This document shows positions 11,413 to 23,362 of a stretch of DNA of 64,000 bases, piece after piece (positions within the stretch are counted from its first letter, which is position 1; every line of letters starts with the position of its first letter). A model generated the notes under the pieces. It saw only the letters and a list, made by a program, of their open reading frames with translations. It searched no databases and was not told where the DNA came from. Source of the DNA: Histomonas meleagridis 2922-C6/04-290x (taxonomy: Eukaryota > Protista > Parabasalia); contig JAANOX010000080.1 of NCBI GenBank assembly GCA_020184695.1, positions 295,580 to 359,579 of the forward strand. Direction: 5' to 3'. The position numbers were made by a program, and so were the translations under genes.

Positions 11413-11420
11413 AACCGTTT
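11413..11420 (+). promoter_or_regulatory. M3-like element (AACCGTTT)
   Basis: Matches DRCSGTTD, 26 nt upstream of ATG 11447. Confidence 0.4.
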
Positions 11421-11446
11421 ATGGGGCTTATCCAACCAGCTTCTAC

Positions 11447-14400
11447 ATGATAAATTCCTCAGATTTTGAATCAGAAATTGAACTTATTTCCGAATGGTCA
11501 AAAGATACAACATTTATGCCATATGATGAATTAGTTTCAAACACAAACTCAGTTTTGCATCCTTTAATTCAAATCATCAAAGAACAAATCGATTTAAGTA
11601 ATGAATTAAATACATTGGTTAATGAAACAACAGAAGAAAAACAGAGGCTTTCGAATGAGATCGATGAAATTACAAACATGTTTTCTGCCGAGATAGAAGA
11701 AAAAGATAACAATTTAAAAAATGCAAACAATCAAATTGAAGAAAAAGAAAAAGACATTGAAATTCTTAATCAAAAAATCCAACAAATAGCAAATCAATCA
11801 ACAGAAGGTGATCAAGAATTAAAAGAAAAATTACAAATCACTGAAGAATTATTATCAGAAGCTGAATCCAAAGTGAATGAATTACAATTAAAGATTAATG
11901 AAATTACTGAAGAAAAGGAAAACTATGTGCAAGTAATCACAGAAAAGGAGGAAGCGAATAAAAAACTTCAAAATGATTTAGATTCTGTTTTAGCAGAAAT
12001 GGAATCAAGTTCAAATGAAGAAATGGAAAAATTGAAAAACGAAATTGAGTCATTAAAAGAACAATTAAGTAAACAAGATAAAGAGAACGATGACTTGTTA
12101 AATGAATTAGCAAATAGAGAAGAAGAAGTAAGTAAATTAAAAGAAGAAATTACAAATGGAAAATCATCAAATGAAGAAGAAATTCAACAAATACAAAAAG
12201 AGAATGACGATTTATTAAAGGAATTATCGAATAGAGAAGAAGAAATAAATAAATTAAAAGAAGAAATGAACAATAAATTGTTAAATAAAGAAGAAGAAAT
12301 ACAGGAAATACAAAAAGAGAACGAAGAACTCCATCAAAAATTAACAAATAAAGAAGAAGAAATTCACAAATTAAACGATGAAATTAAGAACGAAATCTCT
12401 AATAAAGACGAAGCATCAAAGAAATTATATGAAGAAATAGAGCAACTTAAACAAGAAATATCAAATAAAGATAACGAAATCAATGAATTTAAGAATGAAA
12501 TAACTAATAAAGATGAAGAAATCAATAAAGTAAACACAGAAATTGAACAACTTAAACAAGAGATTGTAAATAAAGATAACGAAAATAATGAAATAAAAGA
12601 AGAAATGAACAACAAATTTTCAAACAAAGAAGAAGAAATCAATAAATTGAATGAGGAAAAGATGAATGAAATTCATGTTAAAGAAGAAGAAATTGAACGA
12701 CTTAAACAAGAAATAACTGACAAAGATAATGAAATTAATAAATTAAATGAAGAAATTAAGAACGAAATCTCTGATAAAGATGAAGCATCAAAGAAATTAT
12801 ATGAAGAAATAGAACAACTTAAACAAGAAATATCAAATAAAGATAATGAAATCAATGAATTTAAGAATGAAATAACTAATAAAGAAGAAGAAATCAATAA
12901 AATAAATATAGAAATTGAACAACTTAAACAAGAGGTGAATAATAAAGAAAATGAAATTAATAAATTAAAAGAAGAAATTAAGAATGAAATCACTAATAAA
13001 GATGAAGCATCAAAGAAATTATATGAAGAAATCGAACAACTTAAACAAGAAAATGAGGGACTTCAACAAGAAATAACAACAAAAGAAGAAGAAATTCACA
13101 AAATAAATGAAGAAAAGATCAATGAAATTAAAGGAAAAGAAGAAGAAATACAACGACTTCAACAAGAAATAACAAATAAAGAAAATGAAATCACTAATAA
13201 AGATGAAACATCCAAGAATTTATATGAAGAAATCGAAAAACTTAAACAAGAAAATGAGGAACTTCAACAAGAAATAACAACAAAAGAAGAAGAAATTAAC
13301 AAAGTAAATGGAAAAATAGAACAACATAAACAAGAAATAACAAATAAAGAAGAAGAGATTCATAAATTAAAAGAAGAAATTAATAACAAAATCTCGAATA
13401 AAGAAGAAGAAATAAGCAAATTAAACAAAGAAATAATTGACAAAGATAGTGAAATTAATAAGTTAAATGAAGAAATTAAGAATGAAATAAATGCAAAAGA
13501 AGAAGAAATTGATCAACTTAAACAAGAAGTGACGAATAAAGATAATGAAATTAATAAATTAAATGAAGAAATTAAGAACGAAATCACTAATAAAGATGAA
13601 GCATCAAAGAAATTATATGAAGAAATTGAACAACTTAAACATGATAACGAAGAACTTCAACAAGAAATAACAACAAAAGTTAATGAAATCAACAAATTAA
13701 ATGAAGAAATGAGCAGTAAAATCACAGCGAAAGAAGAAGAAATCAATATGTTGTATGAAGGAATGGAAGAACTTAAAAATAATAATGAAGAATTCCAACA
13801 AAAAATATCAAATAAAGAAAATGAAATTGTTCAAATAAAGGAAGAAATGAACAATAAATTAAATACAAAAGAAGAAGAAATTGAACAACTTAAGTATAAT
13901 AATGAAGAACTTCAACAAGAAATCAATAAATTAAATGAAGAAATGAAGAATGAAATCTCTAATAAAGATGACATTTCTAAGAAGTTAAATGAGGAAATAG
14001 AACAACTTAAGCAAGAAATAATAACAAAAGATAATGAAATTGATCAATTAAAGGAAGAAATGAACAATAAATTAAATATGAAAGAAGAAGAAATTGAACA
14101 ACTTAAACATATTACTGAAGAGCTCAAACAAGAAATAACTGACAAAGTTAATGAAATTGACAAAATAAATGAAGAAATGAAGAATGAAATTTCAAATAAA
14201 GATGAAACATCAAAGAAATTATATGGAGAAATAGAACAACTTAAACAAGAAATAAATATGAAAGAAGATCAAATGAACAAATTAAATGAAGAAATCTCAA
14301 TTAAAGATGATGTAACTAAGAAATTGAATGAAGAAATCCAAGAACTTCAGCACCAATTAACCACAAAAGAAAATGAAATCACAAAATTAAATGAAGAAAC

Positions 14401-17400
14401 TCAGAACACATTAACATCAAAAGAAGAAGAAATTCAACAACTTCAAGATATAAGTGAAGAACTTCATCAAGAAGTGACAAACAAAGAAAACGAAATCACT
14501 AAGTTAACTGATGAATTAATAACAAAGGAAGAAGAAAGTGAAAAACTTAAACAAGAAATATCAAATAAAGAAAATGAAATTAATATATTAAAGGAAGAAA
14601 TGAAAAATGAAATTTCAAATAAAGACGAAGTATCAAAGAAATTATTAGAAGAAATTGATCAACTTAAACAAGAAATAATTAATAAGAATAATGAAATAGA
14701 CGAAATAAATAAAGAAGGAAATAATAAAATAAACACAAAAGAAGAAGAAATTAAACAAATTAAACAAGAATTAATAAATAAAGAAGAAGAAATTAATAAA
14801 TTAAATGAAGAAATGAAAAATGAAATCGAATTAAAGAAAGAAGAAATTGAACAACTTAAACATAATAATGAAGAACTTCAACAAGAAATTAATAAATTAA
14901 ATGTAGAAATGAAAAATGAAATCTCTAATAAAGATGATGTAACGAAGAAATTAAGCGAAGAAATAGAACAACTAAAACGTAATAATGAAGAATATAAACA
15001 AGATATATCAAATAAAGAAAATGAAATTATTCAAATAACCGAAGAAATGAACAATAAATTATTTGCAAAAGAAGAAGAAATCAAGCAAATAATTGAAAAA
15101 ACGAATCATGAAATAGACTTAAAGAAAGAGGAAATTGAACAACTTAAGCAAGAAACGAACATAAAAGAAGAAGAAATTAACAAATTAAATGAAGAAATTG
15201 AACAAATTAAACATAACAATGATGAACTCAATCAAGAAATAACAAATAAAAATAATGAAATTAATAAATTGAATGAAGAGATGAAGAACGAAATCACTAA
15301 CAAAGATGATCTGTCTAAGAAATTGAATGAAGAAATAGAACAACTTCAACAAGAAATAACGAATAAAGAAAATGAAATCAGTAAATTAAATGAAGAAATT
15401 GAGCAATTTAAAAATAATAATGAAGAACTCAAATGCGAAATAACAACTAAAGAAAGCGAAATCAGCAAATTAAATGAAGAAATGAATAGTAAATTAACAA
15501 TAAAAGAAGAAGAAATTAGCAAGTTAAATGAAGAAATGAACCAAATTCAAAACAATAACGAAGAACTCAAACAAGAAATAGCAAATAAAGAAAATGAAAT
15601 CAAAAAATTAAATGAAGAAATCAAAAATGAAATCTCTAATAACGATAATACAACCAAGGAATTATTTGATGAATTAGAACAACTCAAACAAGAAATAGCA
15701 AATAAAGAAAATGAAATTAACAAATTAAATGAAGAAATCAAAAACGAAATTTCTAATAATGATGATGCAACCAAGAAATTGAACGAAGAAATTCAGCAAC
15801 TTCAGGAAGTAAATGAAGAGCTTCATAAAGATTTAACTACAAAAGAGGAAGAAATCACAAAAATCAGCGAAGAATTAGAAAACGAGTTAGCAAATAAAGA
15901 AGAACAAATAAATCAAATTCAACAAGAAAAAGAAGAACTTAATAAGGAACTTGCTATAAAAGAAGAAGAAGTTAATGAATTCAAACAAACACTTGAAGCA
16001 CATGAATCAAATCTTTTATCAAAAGATGAGCAATTAATAAAATTACAAGAAGAAATTTCAACTATTAAAGAACAACTTGTTCAAAGCAATGGAATTAATG
16101 AAGAGAATAAAGCTGAAATTTCCCAATTAAAAGATGAAATCAAACAAAAAGAAAACGAAAACAATGAACAAAGCGAAACAATTAATAAATATAAAGAAGA
16201 AAATAACAAATTAATTCAAGATTTAAATAACAAAGAAAACGAAATATTAAAACTTAATGATAATATAAACGAAGTAAATTCCAATAATAAAGAATTAAAT
16301 GAAGAAGTTACTAAACTTAAAACTGATATTGAGGTACTTACACAACATAAAATAAATAGTTTAAGTGATCAAGATGAACTTAAAAATGAAATCAATAAAC
16401 TTATTAATGAATTATCTGAAATGAAAGAAAATAATAATAAACTTAATAAAGAATATAATGTAAAAGAAAAAGAAATTAATAAATTAAAAGAAGATATAAA
16501 TGAATTAAATCAACAAAATAATAACATTTTAAATGATAAAAATGAAATAGAAAATAAATTAGAAATTAAAATTAAAGAGAATTCGGAATTAGAAAATAAA
16601 ATAATTGAAATTTTAGAAGAAAATACACAATTTGAAATTAAATTAAATGAAACGAATGAAAAAATTAAAGAATTAAATATTATAATATCTGAAAATGAGG
16701 AATATATAAATAAATATAAAGAAGAAAATGTAAAAATTATAAATGAAAAAGAAGAAATTGAAAAGCAATATGAAACTCAATCAAATGAATTAACAATGTT
16801 AGCTGAAGAACTATCAAATACTATGGATGAAAAAGATGAAATAAAGAAACAACTAGATAATAAAGAAGAAGAAATTAAAATGATAATTAACGAGAAAACA
16901 AAAATTAGTGAAGAAAATGATAATTTATTAAATGAAATTCAAATGAATAAAGAAAAATTAGAAAAAGAAATTAATGAAAAAATAAACGAATTGGAAACAA
17001 AGAATTCAGAAATAGAAAAAATAAATGAAGAAATGAAAAGTGAATTACTAAGAAAAGACGAAAAATTAAATGAATTACAACAAAAACTTGAAGAAGATAA
17101 AGAAGAATTTAATAAGAAATTCGAATTAAAAGAAGAAGAAATTAGAGAAATTGGAGAAAGAAATAATAACGAATTAATGACAGTGAATGAGGAATTGAAC
17201 AAACTAAAAGAAGAAATTATAAAACTACAGCAAGAAAAAGAGGAAGTGATATCAAATGAAGAAAAACTTAAGCAATATAATGAAGAAATTAAGAACGAAA
17301 TAAATTCAAAAGAAGAAGAAATTGGACAACTTTATCAAGAAATAACTGACAAAGATAATAAAATTAATAAATTAAATGAAGAAATTAAGAACGAAATCTC

Positions 17401-20400
17401 TAATAAAGATGAAGCATCAAAGAAATTATTTGAAGAAATTGAACAACTTAAACAAGAAATATCAAATAAAGATAACGAAATCAATGAATTTAAGAATGAA
17501 ATAACTAATAAAGATGAAGAAATCAATAAAATAAATATAGAAATTGATCAACTTAAACAAGAAATAACTGATAAAGAAAACGAAATCAAAAAATTAAATG
17601 AAGAAATTAAGAATGAAATCACTAATAAAGATGAAGCATCAAAGAAATTATATGAAGAAATAGAACAACTTAAACAAGAAATTGCAATGAAAAATGAAGA
17701 AATTAATCAAATAAATGAAGAAACAAAGAAAGCATTAACATCAAAAGAAGAAGAAATTCAACAATTCCAAGAAATTAGCGAAGAACTCCATCAAGAAATT
17801 ATAAATAAAGAAGAAGAAATTGATCAACTTAAACAAGAGGTGAATAATAAAGAAAATGAAATTAATAAATTAAATGAAGAAATTAAGAATGAAATCACTA
17901 ATAAAGATGAAGCATCAAAGAAATTATATGAAGAAATCGAACAACTTAAACAAGAAATAGCAAACAAAGATAATGAAAATAATGAAATAAAAGAAGAAAT
18001 GAACAATAAATTGTCAAACAAAGAAGAAGAAATCAATAAATTGAATGAGGAAAAGATGAATGAAATTCATGTTAAAGAAGAAGAAATTGAACGACTTCAA
18101 CAAGAGATTGCAAACAAAGATAAAGAAATTAATAAATTAAATGAAGAAACAAAGGATAAACTAATATCAAAAGAAAATGAAATTCAAGAAATTCACAAAG
18201 AACAGCATAAAGAAATTGAATATAAGGAAGAAGAAATCAATAAATTAGAAGAAGAAATGCGACAACTTCAACAAGATATAACAAACAAAGATAATGAAAT
18301 TGACAAATTAAAAGAAGAAATTAAGAATGAAATCACTAATAAAGATGAAGCATCCAAGAAATTATATGAAGAAATCGAACAACTTAAACAAGAAAATGAG
18401 GGACTTCAACAAGAAATAACAACAAAAGAAGAAGAAATTCACAAAATAAATGAAGAAAAGATCAATGAAATTAAAGGAAAAGAAGAAGAAATACAACGAC
18501 TTCAACAAGAAATAACAACAAAAGTAGATGAAATTAGCAAAATAAATGAAATAATAAAGCAACTTAAACAAAATATAGAAGAACTTCAACAAGAAATAAC
18601 AGCCAAAGATAATGAAATTGCTAAACTAAATGAAGAAATGAATAATAAAATCACAGCGAAAGAAGAAGAAATCAATATGTTGTATGAAGGAATGGAAGAA
18701 CTTCAACAAGAACTGAGTGCAAAAGATAAAGAAATTAACAAATTACATGAGGAACATCACAAAGAATTAACAAATAGAGAAGTTGAATTAAATAAATTAA
18801 ATGAAGAAATTAAAAATGAAATTTCAAACAAAGATAATGTATCAAAGAAATTGCTTGAAGAAGTACAACAGCTTCAAGAAATAAATAAAGAACTTCATAA
18901 AGAATTAGAAAATAAAGAAGAAGAGTTTAACAAATTAAATGAGGAAATGAACAATAAATTATCATCCAAAGAAGAAGGAATCGCACAACTTAAACAAGAA
19001 ATAACAAACAAAGAAAATGAAATTATTAAATTAAATGAAGAAATTAAGAACGAAATCTCTAATAAAGATGAATTGTCTCAGAGGTTATATGAAGAAATCG
19101 AACAGCTTGAACAAGAAATTGCAAACAAAGATAATGAAATTGAAGAAATAAACAAAGAAGGAAATAATAAAATGAAGACAAAAGAAGAAGAAATAGAACA
19201 ACTTAAACAAGAAATATCAAATAAAGATAACGAAATCAATGAATTTAAGAACGAAATAACTAATAAAGAAGAAGAAATCAATAAAGTAAATATAGAAATT
19301 GAACAACTTAAACAAGAGGTGAATAATAAAGAAAATAAAATTAATAAATTAAACGATGAAATTAAGAATGAAATCTTCAATAAAGATGAAGCATCAAAGA
19401 AATTATATGAAGAAATCGAACAACTTAAACAAGAAATATCAAATAAAGATAATGAAAATAATGAAATAAAAGAAGAAATGAACAACAAATTGTCAAACAA
19501 AGAAGAAGAAATCAATAAATTGAATGAGGAAAAGATGAATGAAATTCATGTTAAAGAAGAAGAAATTGAACGACTTCAACAAGAGATTGCAAACAAAGAT
19601 AAAGAAATTACTAAATTAAATGAAGAAGCCAAAAATTCTTTAGTAACAGATGAAGAATTACAATCAAAGGAAAGTGAAATTATTAAATTAACAGAAGAAA
19701 TCCAAAATGTAAAATATGAATACGAAAAAATTACAGAAATAAACGAAACATTAAATAATGAAAACAAAGCAAATGATGAAATCATCAAAAAGCTTCAACA
19801 AACAAATGAAGAAATAATGAATGAATTGTCTAAATCAACTAAAGAAATCAAAACTAAAGAAGAAGAAAATGAACGACTTATAAATGAATTATCAAATATC
19901 CAAAATGAAATTGCAAAATTAAGAGAAATTCATCAAAGCAAATCTTCAACTGACGAAGAAATTAAACAAATTAAAGAAGAAAACGAACAACTGTTAAACG
20001 AATTAACAAATATCCAACGCGAAATTACAAATCTAAAGAATGAAATCACAACTAAAGAAGAAGAAAACAAACAAATCAAAGAAGAGAACGAACAATTTTT
20101 AGAAGAATTATCAAATAAAGAAAACGAAATTGCTAAATTAAAAGATATTAAAGAAGCAAATACTGCAAATGAAGAAGAAATCAAAAAACTTTCAGCTGAA
20201 TTATCCAAAGTAAACAATGAAATAATCACTAAAGAAGAAGAGAACGAACAACTTTTAGAAGAATTATCAAATAAAGAAAACGAAATCGCGAAATTAAAAG
20301 AATTCCATCAAAACAAAACTTTAGATGACGAAGAAATTCAACAAATCAAATACGAAAATGAAAAACTTTTAACCGAATTATCAAATAAAGAAAACGAAAT

Positions 20401-21739
20401 CGCGAAATTAAAGAACGAATTTAACAATGAAATCCAAACAAAAGAAGAAGAAAACGAACAACTAATAAATGAAATCGCAAACTTAAAGAACGAAATAATC
20501 ACTAAAGAAGAAGAAAACAAACGAATTCAAGAAGAAAACGAACAATTTTTAGAAGAATTATCAAATAAAGAAAACGAATTTCATCAAAATAAAACATCAA
20601 ATGATGAAGAAATTTCACAACTTCAACAAAAACTTACAGCTAAATCAAAAGAACTTTTAGAAGTTAAGCAAATTCTCGCGTTACGTGATTCATCACTTAT
20701 CACTAAAGATGATCAACTCAATAAATACGAAGATCAGCTTTTGCAAATGAAAGATCAAATCACAGAACTTAAATCACAAAACTCATCATTGATATCAACT
20801 GATAATTCAACGAATACTGAAACAATAGTTACAAAATTACAAGATGAAAACAATGAACTTAAACATACAAATGCGAAACTCACAAAATATTGTTCACAAC
20901 TTAAGTTCAAACTTGCGAAACTACAAAATGTTAATACTAATAATAAATCAGAAGCAAATTCATATGAGAAAATGTATAACACATTAAAAGTTCGTTTTGA
21001 TAAACAAACAGAACTTATAAAAAGATTGAAAACAGAAAACGAAGAATTACAAAATGAAAATATTATAAATATCCGAAAACTAAAGAAATGCGATTTTGTT
21101 ATTGCAAAATTAAACTCACAACGAAACAAACTTAAAAAAGAACTTTCAGAAACAAATTCACCAAATGTTACATCTTTAATATTAAAGAACCGTAGACTTG
21201 TTTCATTATTTAATACACATTTCCAATTAATGAATCAGAAACTTTTGTTGTTGATTAAGAACCAAATGTCACAATTTTCATTTCAAATTCAACAGTTAAC
21301 GAAAAAAGTGACATACTTACAAAACAAACTAAAATATAAAATTGAAACTATAGGAAATAATAACAGTAAAGATATAGAAATTAAGAGACAACTGAAAAAG
21401 GTTTTGAGGTTAGTTGGTGTTAATGATATTATTAATGAAAAAGTTACTAATTTGGAAATAATTAATTTAATTATTGAAGAAGTTAAAATACCTAAAATTG
21501 ATGTACGAATTATATTCGATTATTTGCTCAAGCCTTTGAATATAAATATTCAAAACGTATCAAAAGAAAATGGTTTATTAGTTTTACAAAAGGCACAGCA
21601 TAACTTAATAAGAAAAGCTAAAACGCAATCGAAATACGAAGATGCAAAACAAGTACTGATGACAATCAAAACAATTTTAATGTCTACTTCAACAGAAGAA
21701 TGTGTAGATTTGTTGAAACAGATTTTCTGCGATAATTAA
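11447..21739 (+). CDS. Giant (3430 aa) E/K/N/I-rich coiled-coil repeat protein (viral A-type inclusion-like class of trichomonad annotations)
   Basis: 10.3-kb uninterrupted ORF made of recurrent modules such as KNEISNKDEASKKLYEEIEQLKQE and KEEEINKLNEE; non-repetitive ends. Confidence 0.9.
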   Translation: MINSSDFESEIELISEWSKDTTFMPYDELVSNTNSVLHPLIQIIKEQIDLSNELNTLVNETTEEKQRLSNEIDEITNMFSAEIEEKDNNLKNANNQIEEKEKDIEILNQKIQQIANQSTEGDQELKEKLQITEELLSEAESKVNELQLKINEITEEKENYVQVITEKEEANKKLQNDLDSVLAEMESSSNEEMEKLKNEIESLKEQLSKQDKENDDLLNELANREEEVSKLKEEITNGKSSNEEEIQQIQKENDDLLKELSNREEEINKLKEEMNNKLLNKEEEIQEIQKENEELHQKLTNKEEEIHKLNDEIKNEISNKDEASKKLYEEIEQLKQEISNKDNEINEFKNEITNKDEEINKVNTEIEQLKQEIVNKDNENNEIKEEMNNKFSNKEEEINKLNEEKMNEIHVKEEEIERLKQEITDKDNEINKLNEEIKNEISDKDEASKKLYEEIEQLKQEISNKDNEINEFKNEITNKEEEINKINIEIEQLKQEVNNKENEINKLKEEIKNEITNKDEASKKLYEEIEQLKQENEGLQQEITTKEEEIHKINEEKINEIKGKEEEIQRLQQEITNKENEITNKDETSKNLYEEIEKLKQENEELQQEITTKEEEINKVNGKIEQHKQEITNKEEEIHKLKEEINNKISNKEEEISKLNKEIIDKDSEINKLNEEIKNEINAKEEEIDQLKQEVTNKDNEINKLNEEIKNEITNKDEASKKLYEEIEQLKHDNEELQQEITTKVNEINKLNEEMSSKITAKEEEINMLYEGMEELKNNNEEFQQKISNKENEIVQIKEEMNNKLNTKEEEIEQLKYNNEELQQEINKLNEEMKNEISNKDDISKKLNEEIEQLKQEIITKDNEIDQLKEEMNNKLNMKEEEIEQLKHITEELKQEITDKVNEIDKINEEMKNEISNKDETSKKLYGEIEQLKQEINMKEDQMNKLNEEISIKDDVTKKLNEEIQELQHQLTTKENEITKLNEETQNTLTSKEEEIQQLQDISEELHQEVTNKENEITKLTDELITKEEESEKLKQEISNKENEINILKEEMKNEISNKDEVSKKLLEEIDQLKQEIINKNNEIDEINKEGNNKINTKEEEIKQIKQELINKEEEINKLNEEMKNEIELKKEEIEQLKHNNEELQQEINKLNVEMKNEISNKDDVTKKLSEEIEQLKRNNEEYKQDISNKENEIIQITEEMNNKLFAKEEEIKQIIEKTNHEIDLKKEEIEQLKQETNIKEEEINKLNEEIEQIKHNNDELNQEITNKNNEINKLNEEMKNEITNKDDLSKKLNEEIEQLQQEITNKENEISKLNEEIEQFKNNNEELKCEITTKESEISKLNEEMNSKLTIKEEEISKLNEEMNQIQNNNEELKQEIANKENEIKKLNEEIKNEISNNDNTTKELFDELEQLKQEIANKENEINKLNEEIKNEISNNDDATKKLNEEIQQLQEVNEELHKDLTTKEEEITKISEELENELANKEEQINQIQQEKEELNKELAIKEEEVNEFKQTLEAHESNLLSKDEQLIKLQEEISTIKEQLVQSNGINEENKAEISQLKDEIKQKENENNEQSETINKYKEENNKLIQDLNNKENEILKLNDNINEVNSNNKELNEEVTKLKTDIEVLTQHKINSLSDQDELKNEINKLINELSEMKENNNKLNKEYNVKEKEINKLKEDINELNQQNNNILNDKNEIENKLEIKIKENSELENKIIEILEENTQFEIKLNETNEKIKELNIIISENEEYINKYKEENVKIINEKEEIEKQYETQSNELTMLAEELSNTMDEKDEIKKQLDNKEEEIKMIINEKTKISEENDNLLNEIQMNKEKLEKEINEKINELETKNSEIEKINEEMKSELLRKDEKLNELQQKLEEDKEEFNKKFELKEEEIREIGERNNNELMTVNEELNKLKEEIIKLQQEKEEVISNEEKLKQYNEEIKNEINSKEEEIGQLYQEITDKDNKINKLNEEIKNEISNKDEASKKLFEEIEQLKQEISNKDNEINEFKNEITNKDEEINKINIEIDQLKQEITDKENEIKKLNEEIKNEITNKDEASKKLYEEIEQLKQEIAMKNEEINQINEETKKALTSKEEEIQQFQEISEELHQEIINKEEEIDQLKQEVNNKENEINKLNEEIKNEITNKDEASKKLYEEIEQLKQEIANKDNENNEIKEEMNNKLSNKEEEINKLNEEKMNEIHVKEEEIERLQQEIANKDKEINKLNEETKDKLISKENEIQEIHKEQHKEIEYKEEEINKLEEEMRQLQQDITNKDNEIDKLKEEIKNEITNKDEASKKLYEEIEQLKQENEGLQQEITTKEEEIHKINEEKINEIKGKEEEIQRLQQEITTKVDEISKINEIIKQLKQNIEELQQEITAKDNEIAKLNEEMNNKITAKEEEINMLYEGMEELQQELSAKDKEINKLHEEHHKELTNREVELNKLNEEIKNEISNKDNVSKKLLEEVQQLQEINKELHKELENKEEEFNKLNEEMNNKLSSKEEGIAQLKQEITNKENEIIKLNEEIKNEISNKDELSQRLYEEIEQLEQEIANKDNEIEEINKEGNNKMKTKEEEIEQLKQEISNKDNEINEFKNEITNKEEEINKVNIEIEQLKQEVNNKENKINKLNDEIKNEIFNKDEASKKLYEEIEQLKQEISNKDNENNEIKEEMNNKLSNKEEEINKLNEEKMNEIHVKEEEIERLQQEIANKDKEITKLNEEAKNSLVTDEELQSKESEIIKLTEEIQNVKYEYEKITEINETLNNENKANDEIIKKLQQTNEEIMNELSKSTKEIKTKEEENERLINELSNIQNEIAKLREIHQSKSSTDEEIKQIKEENEQLLNELTNIQREITNLKNEITTKEEENKQIKEENEQFLEELSNKENEIAKLKDIKEANTANEEEIKKLSAELSKVNNEIITKEEENEQLLEELSNKENEIAKLKEFHQNKTLDDEEIQQIKYENEKLLTELSNKENEIAKLKNEFNNEIQTKEEENEQLINEIANLKNEIITKEEENKRIQEENEQFLEELSNKENEFHQNKTSNDEEISQLQQKLTAKSKELLEVKQILALRDSSLITKDDQLNKYEDQLLQMKDQITELKSQNSSLISTDNSTNTETIVTKLQDENNELKHTNAKLTKYCSQLKFKLAKLQNVNTNNKSEANSYEKMYNTLKVRFDKQTELIKRLKTENEELQNENIINIRKLKKCDFVIAKLNSQRNKLKKELSETNSPNVTSLILKNRRLVSLFNTHFQLMNQKLLLLIKNQMSQFSFQIQQLTKKVTYLQNKLKYKIETIGNNNSKDIEIKRQLKKVLRLVGVNDIINEKVTNLEIINLIIEEVKIPKIDVRIIFDYLLKPLNINIQNVSKENGLLVLQKAQHNLIRKAKTQSKYEDAKQVLMTIKTILMSTSTEECVDLLKQIFCDN

Positions 21740-22054
21740 TTAGATAAAATAAAATATCTTTTTTGTCTTTTTTTGAACTCGGAGTAATGAGTGAAATTTT
21801 TTTGGTATAAATTGGCGGAGAAAATGTTTGTGAGATATCTCGACATTGGATGCTCTAAAGATTTTGTCATATTTATGTACCCGAAATAATCGATAAACAT
21901 TTAATTTTGAATTCAGTGAAATCTCAACTTTTTGAGTGCAGCGATAATTATTTTGGTTGAAAATTTCCGGAAATAGAAAAGTGAGGTTAAAGAACTTCGT
22001 AACGTATTAAAGCCGCCATATTTGAATGGGTTGACTCAAAAAGCTTTAAAGGAA

Positions 22055-22366
22055 ATGTGCAAAGAAGTTGATGATGCATCACAGGAATCAAAGAGCCAAT
22101 CAAAAAAGGCACCAAAGGCACCACAAAATGAGGCCCCTCCTCAACAAAGCTCGACTGAAATGCCACAACCACAACAACCAATTCAACCACCTGAAAAAGC
22201 TTTGGTTCCACCTGCTCGTGTTTCACCTGAAGTCGACCCTGAGGCGGTTAAAAAGCAACAACCAGAAATTGTTGAAGTTAAACCTGACGATTTTAAATCA
22301 GATGATTATTATTATGATTACCCATACTCATATGAATATTATACTGACGAATACGAAGAATCATAA
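22055..22366 (+). CDS. Hypothetical Pro/Gln-rich protein with acidic Tyr-rich C-terminus
   Basis: Open frame from 21977 with first ATG at 22055; coding-like composition; tail DDYYYDYPYSYEYYTDEYEES. The 5' end is uncertain. Confidence 0.5.
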   Translation: MCKEVDDASQESKSQSKKAPKAPQNEAPPQQSSTEMPQPQQPIQPPEKALVPPARVSPEVDPEAVKKQQPEIVEVKPDDFKSDDYYYDYPYSYEYYTDEYEES

Positions 22367-22840
22367 AATTATATGAATATAATGTAAACGTAAAACTTTT
22401 CGTATAAAAAATGCATTTTTTTTTATCATGCAGACCACATTAACGTCTTTTAAAGACGTTAGATAATATTGAAAAAGTTGAATTTCTGATCCTCCGTTAC
22501 AAAACTAAAGTTTTCTGCATTCAATTAAAAATAACGATCTGAAAACCTGAACTGTTGTAAAATTGTTTCCCTTATTCCTATTTCTATTCAACACAAATAT
22601 ACCACTAACACATGCACTCCTAATGTACTATCCAGTAAAGCCATTCATGCATTAAATAATTGCACAAGAATGTTAAAATCAATATCTTAAATCGTTTTAT
22701 TTTAAAATTCCTTGTATGTGAATTTACCAATACATAAGCAGTGCTTTTACAAAAAGCATTACCAAAAGATGATATATACAAAGAAACTTGATTTATGTAA
22801 CATACGAAGAATATGTTAACGTTCGCTTGAGCGTACAACA

Positions 22841-23362
22841 ATGTTTTTTGTTTTTATTCTGAATGTTTTTTGTTGGAGAGACATACAACTTAATCTCTAT
22901 GATTTAGTACCAGGGAATTGGAGCCAAAAAATAGAGGGTGGTGATGAAAACAAATTTGAAGTTAAAAAAATTTCTAATACAATTTCAGAAACTGGATCCA
23001 ACATTACTGATTATGCGCTAACACTAAATGACACTGAAATCACAGTCACTGTAACTTCAAATACAACGGCAATTATTTCATTCAATGAAATGAAAATCCC
23101 TGTTGAATTTATTGATGAAAAATTCAGTGTAGCTCGATCTGATTACCAGCTAGATGACGGAACTCATGTATCTTTAACTGTTAACCCTAGATTAGCATTT
23201 GAAATGTCAATTGTTAAAAAGAACCAAAGAGACATTGAGACATTTTACTTTTCCAAACCAACAAATACAGATCTCACTTGGAAAGAGCTTGTTGTTATAT
23301 TTTTGATTTCTTGCTGTTTGACATACTTAATACGAAAATTTGGAGCTCGCTATCTTGGTTAA
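22841..23362 (+). CDS. Small type I membrane protein of unknown function
   Basis: Hydrophobic N-terminus MFFVFILNVFC, C-terminal TM ELVVIFLISCCLTYLI followed by a basic tail. Confidence 0.75.
   Translation: MFFVFILNVFCWRDIQLNLYDLVPGNWSQKIEGGDENKFEVKKISNTISETGSNITDYALTLNDTEITVTVTSNTTAIISFNEMKIPVEFIDEKFSVARSDYQLDDGTHVSLTVNPRLAFEMSIVKKNQRDIETFYFSKPTNTDLTWKELVVIFLISCCLTYLIRKFGARYLG

Noticed and set aside
12150-21129. Many S/L/I/F-rich minus-strand ORFs
   Set aside because: Antisense shadows of the repetitive coiled-coil gene.
21956-21976. 21-nt GT..AG intron extending the 22055 gene upstream
   Set aside because: Poor donor, and the upstream frame closes at 21917 with no ATG.
22441-22461. Perfect 9-bp inverted repeat TAACGTCTT-TTA-AAGACGTTA
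   Set aside because: Short, single and intergenic, with no associated element; could arise by chance.
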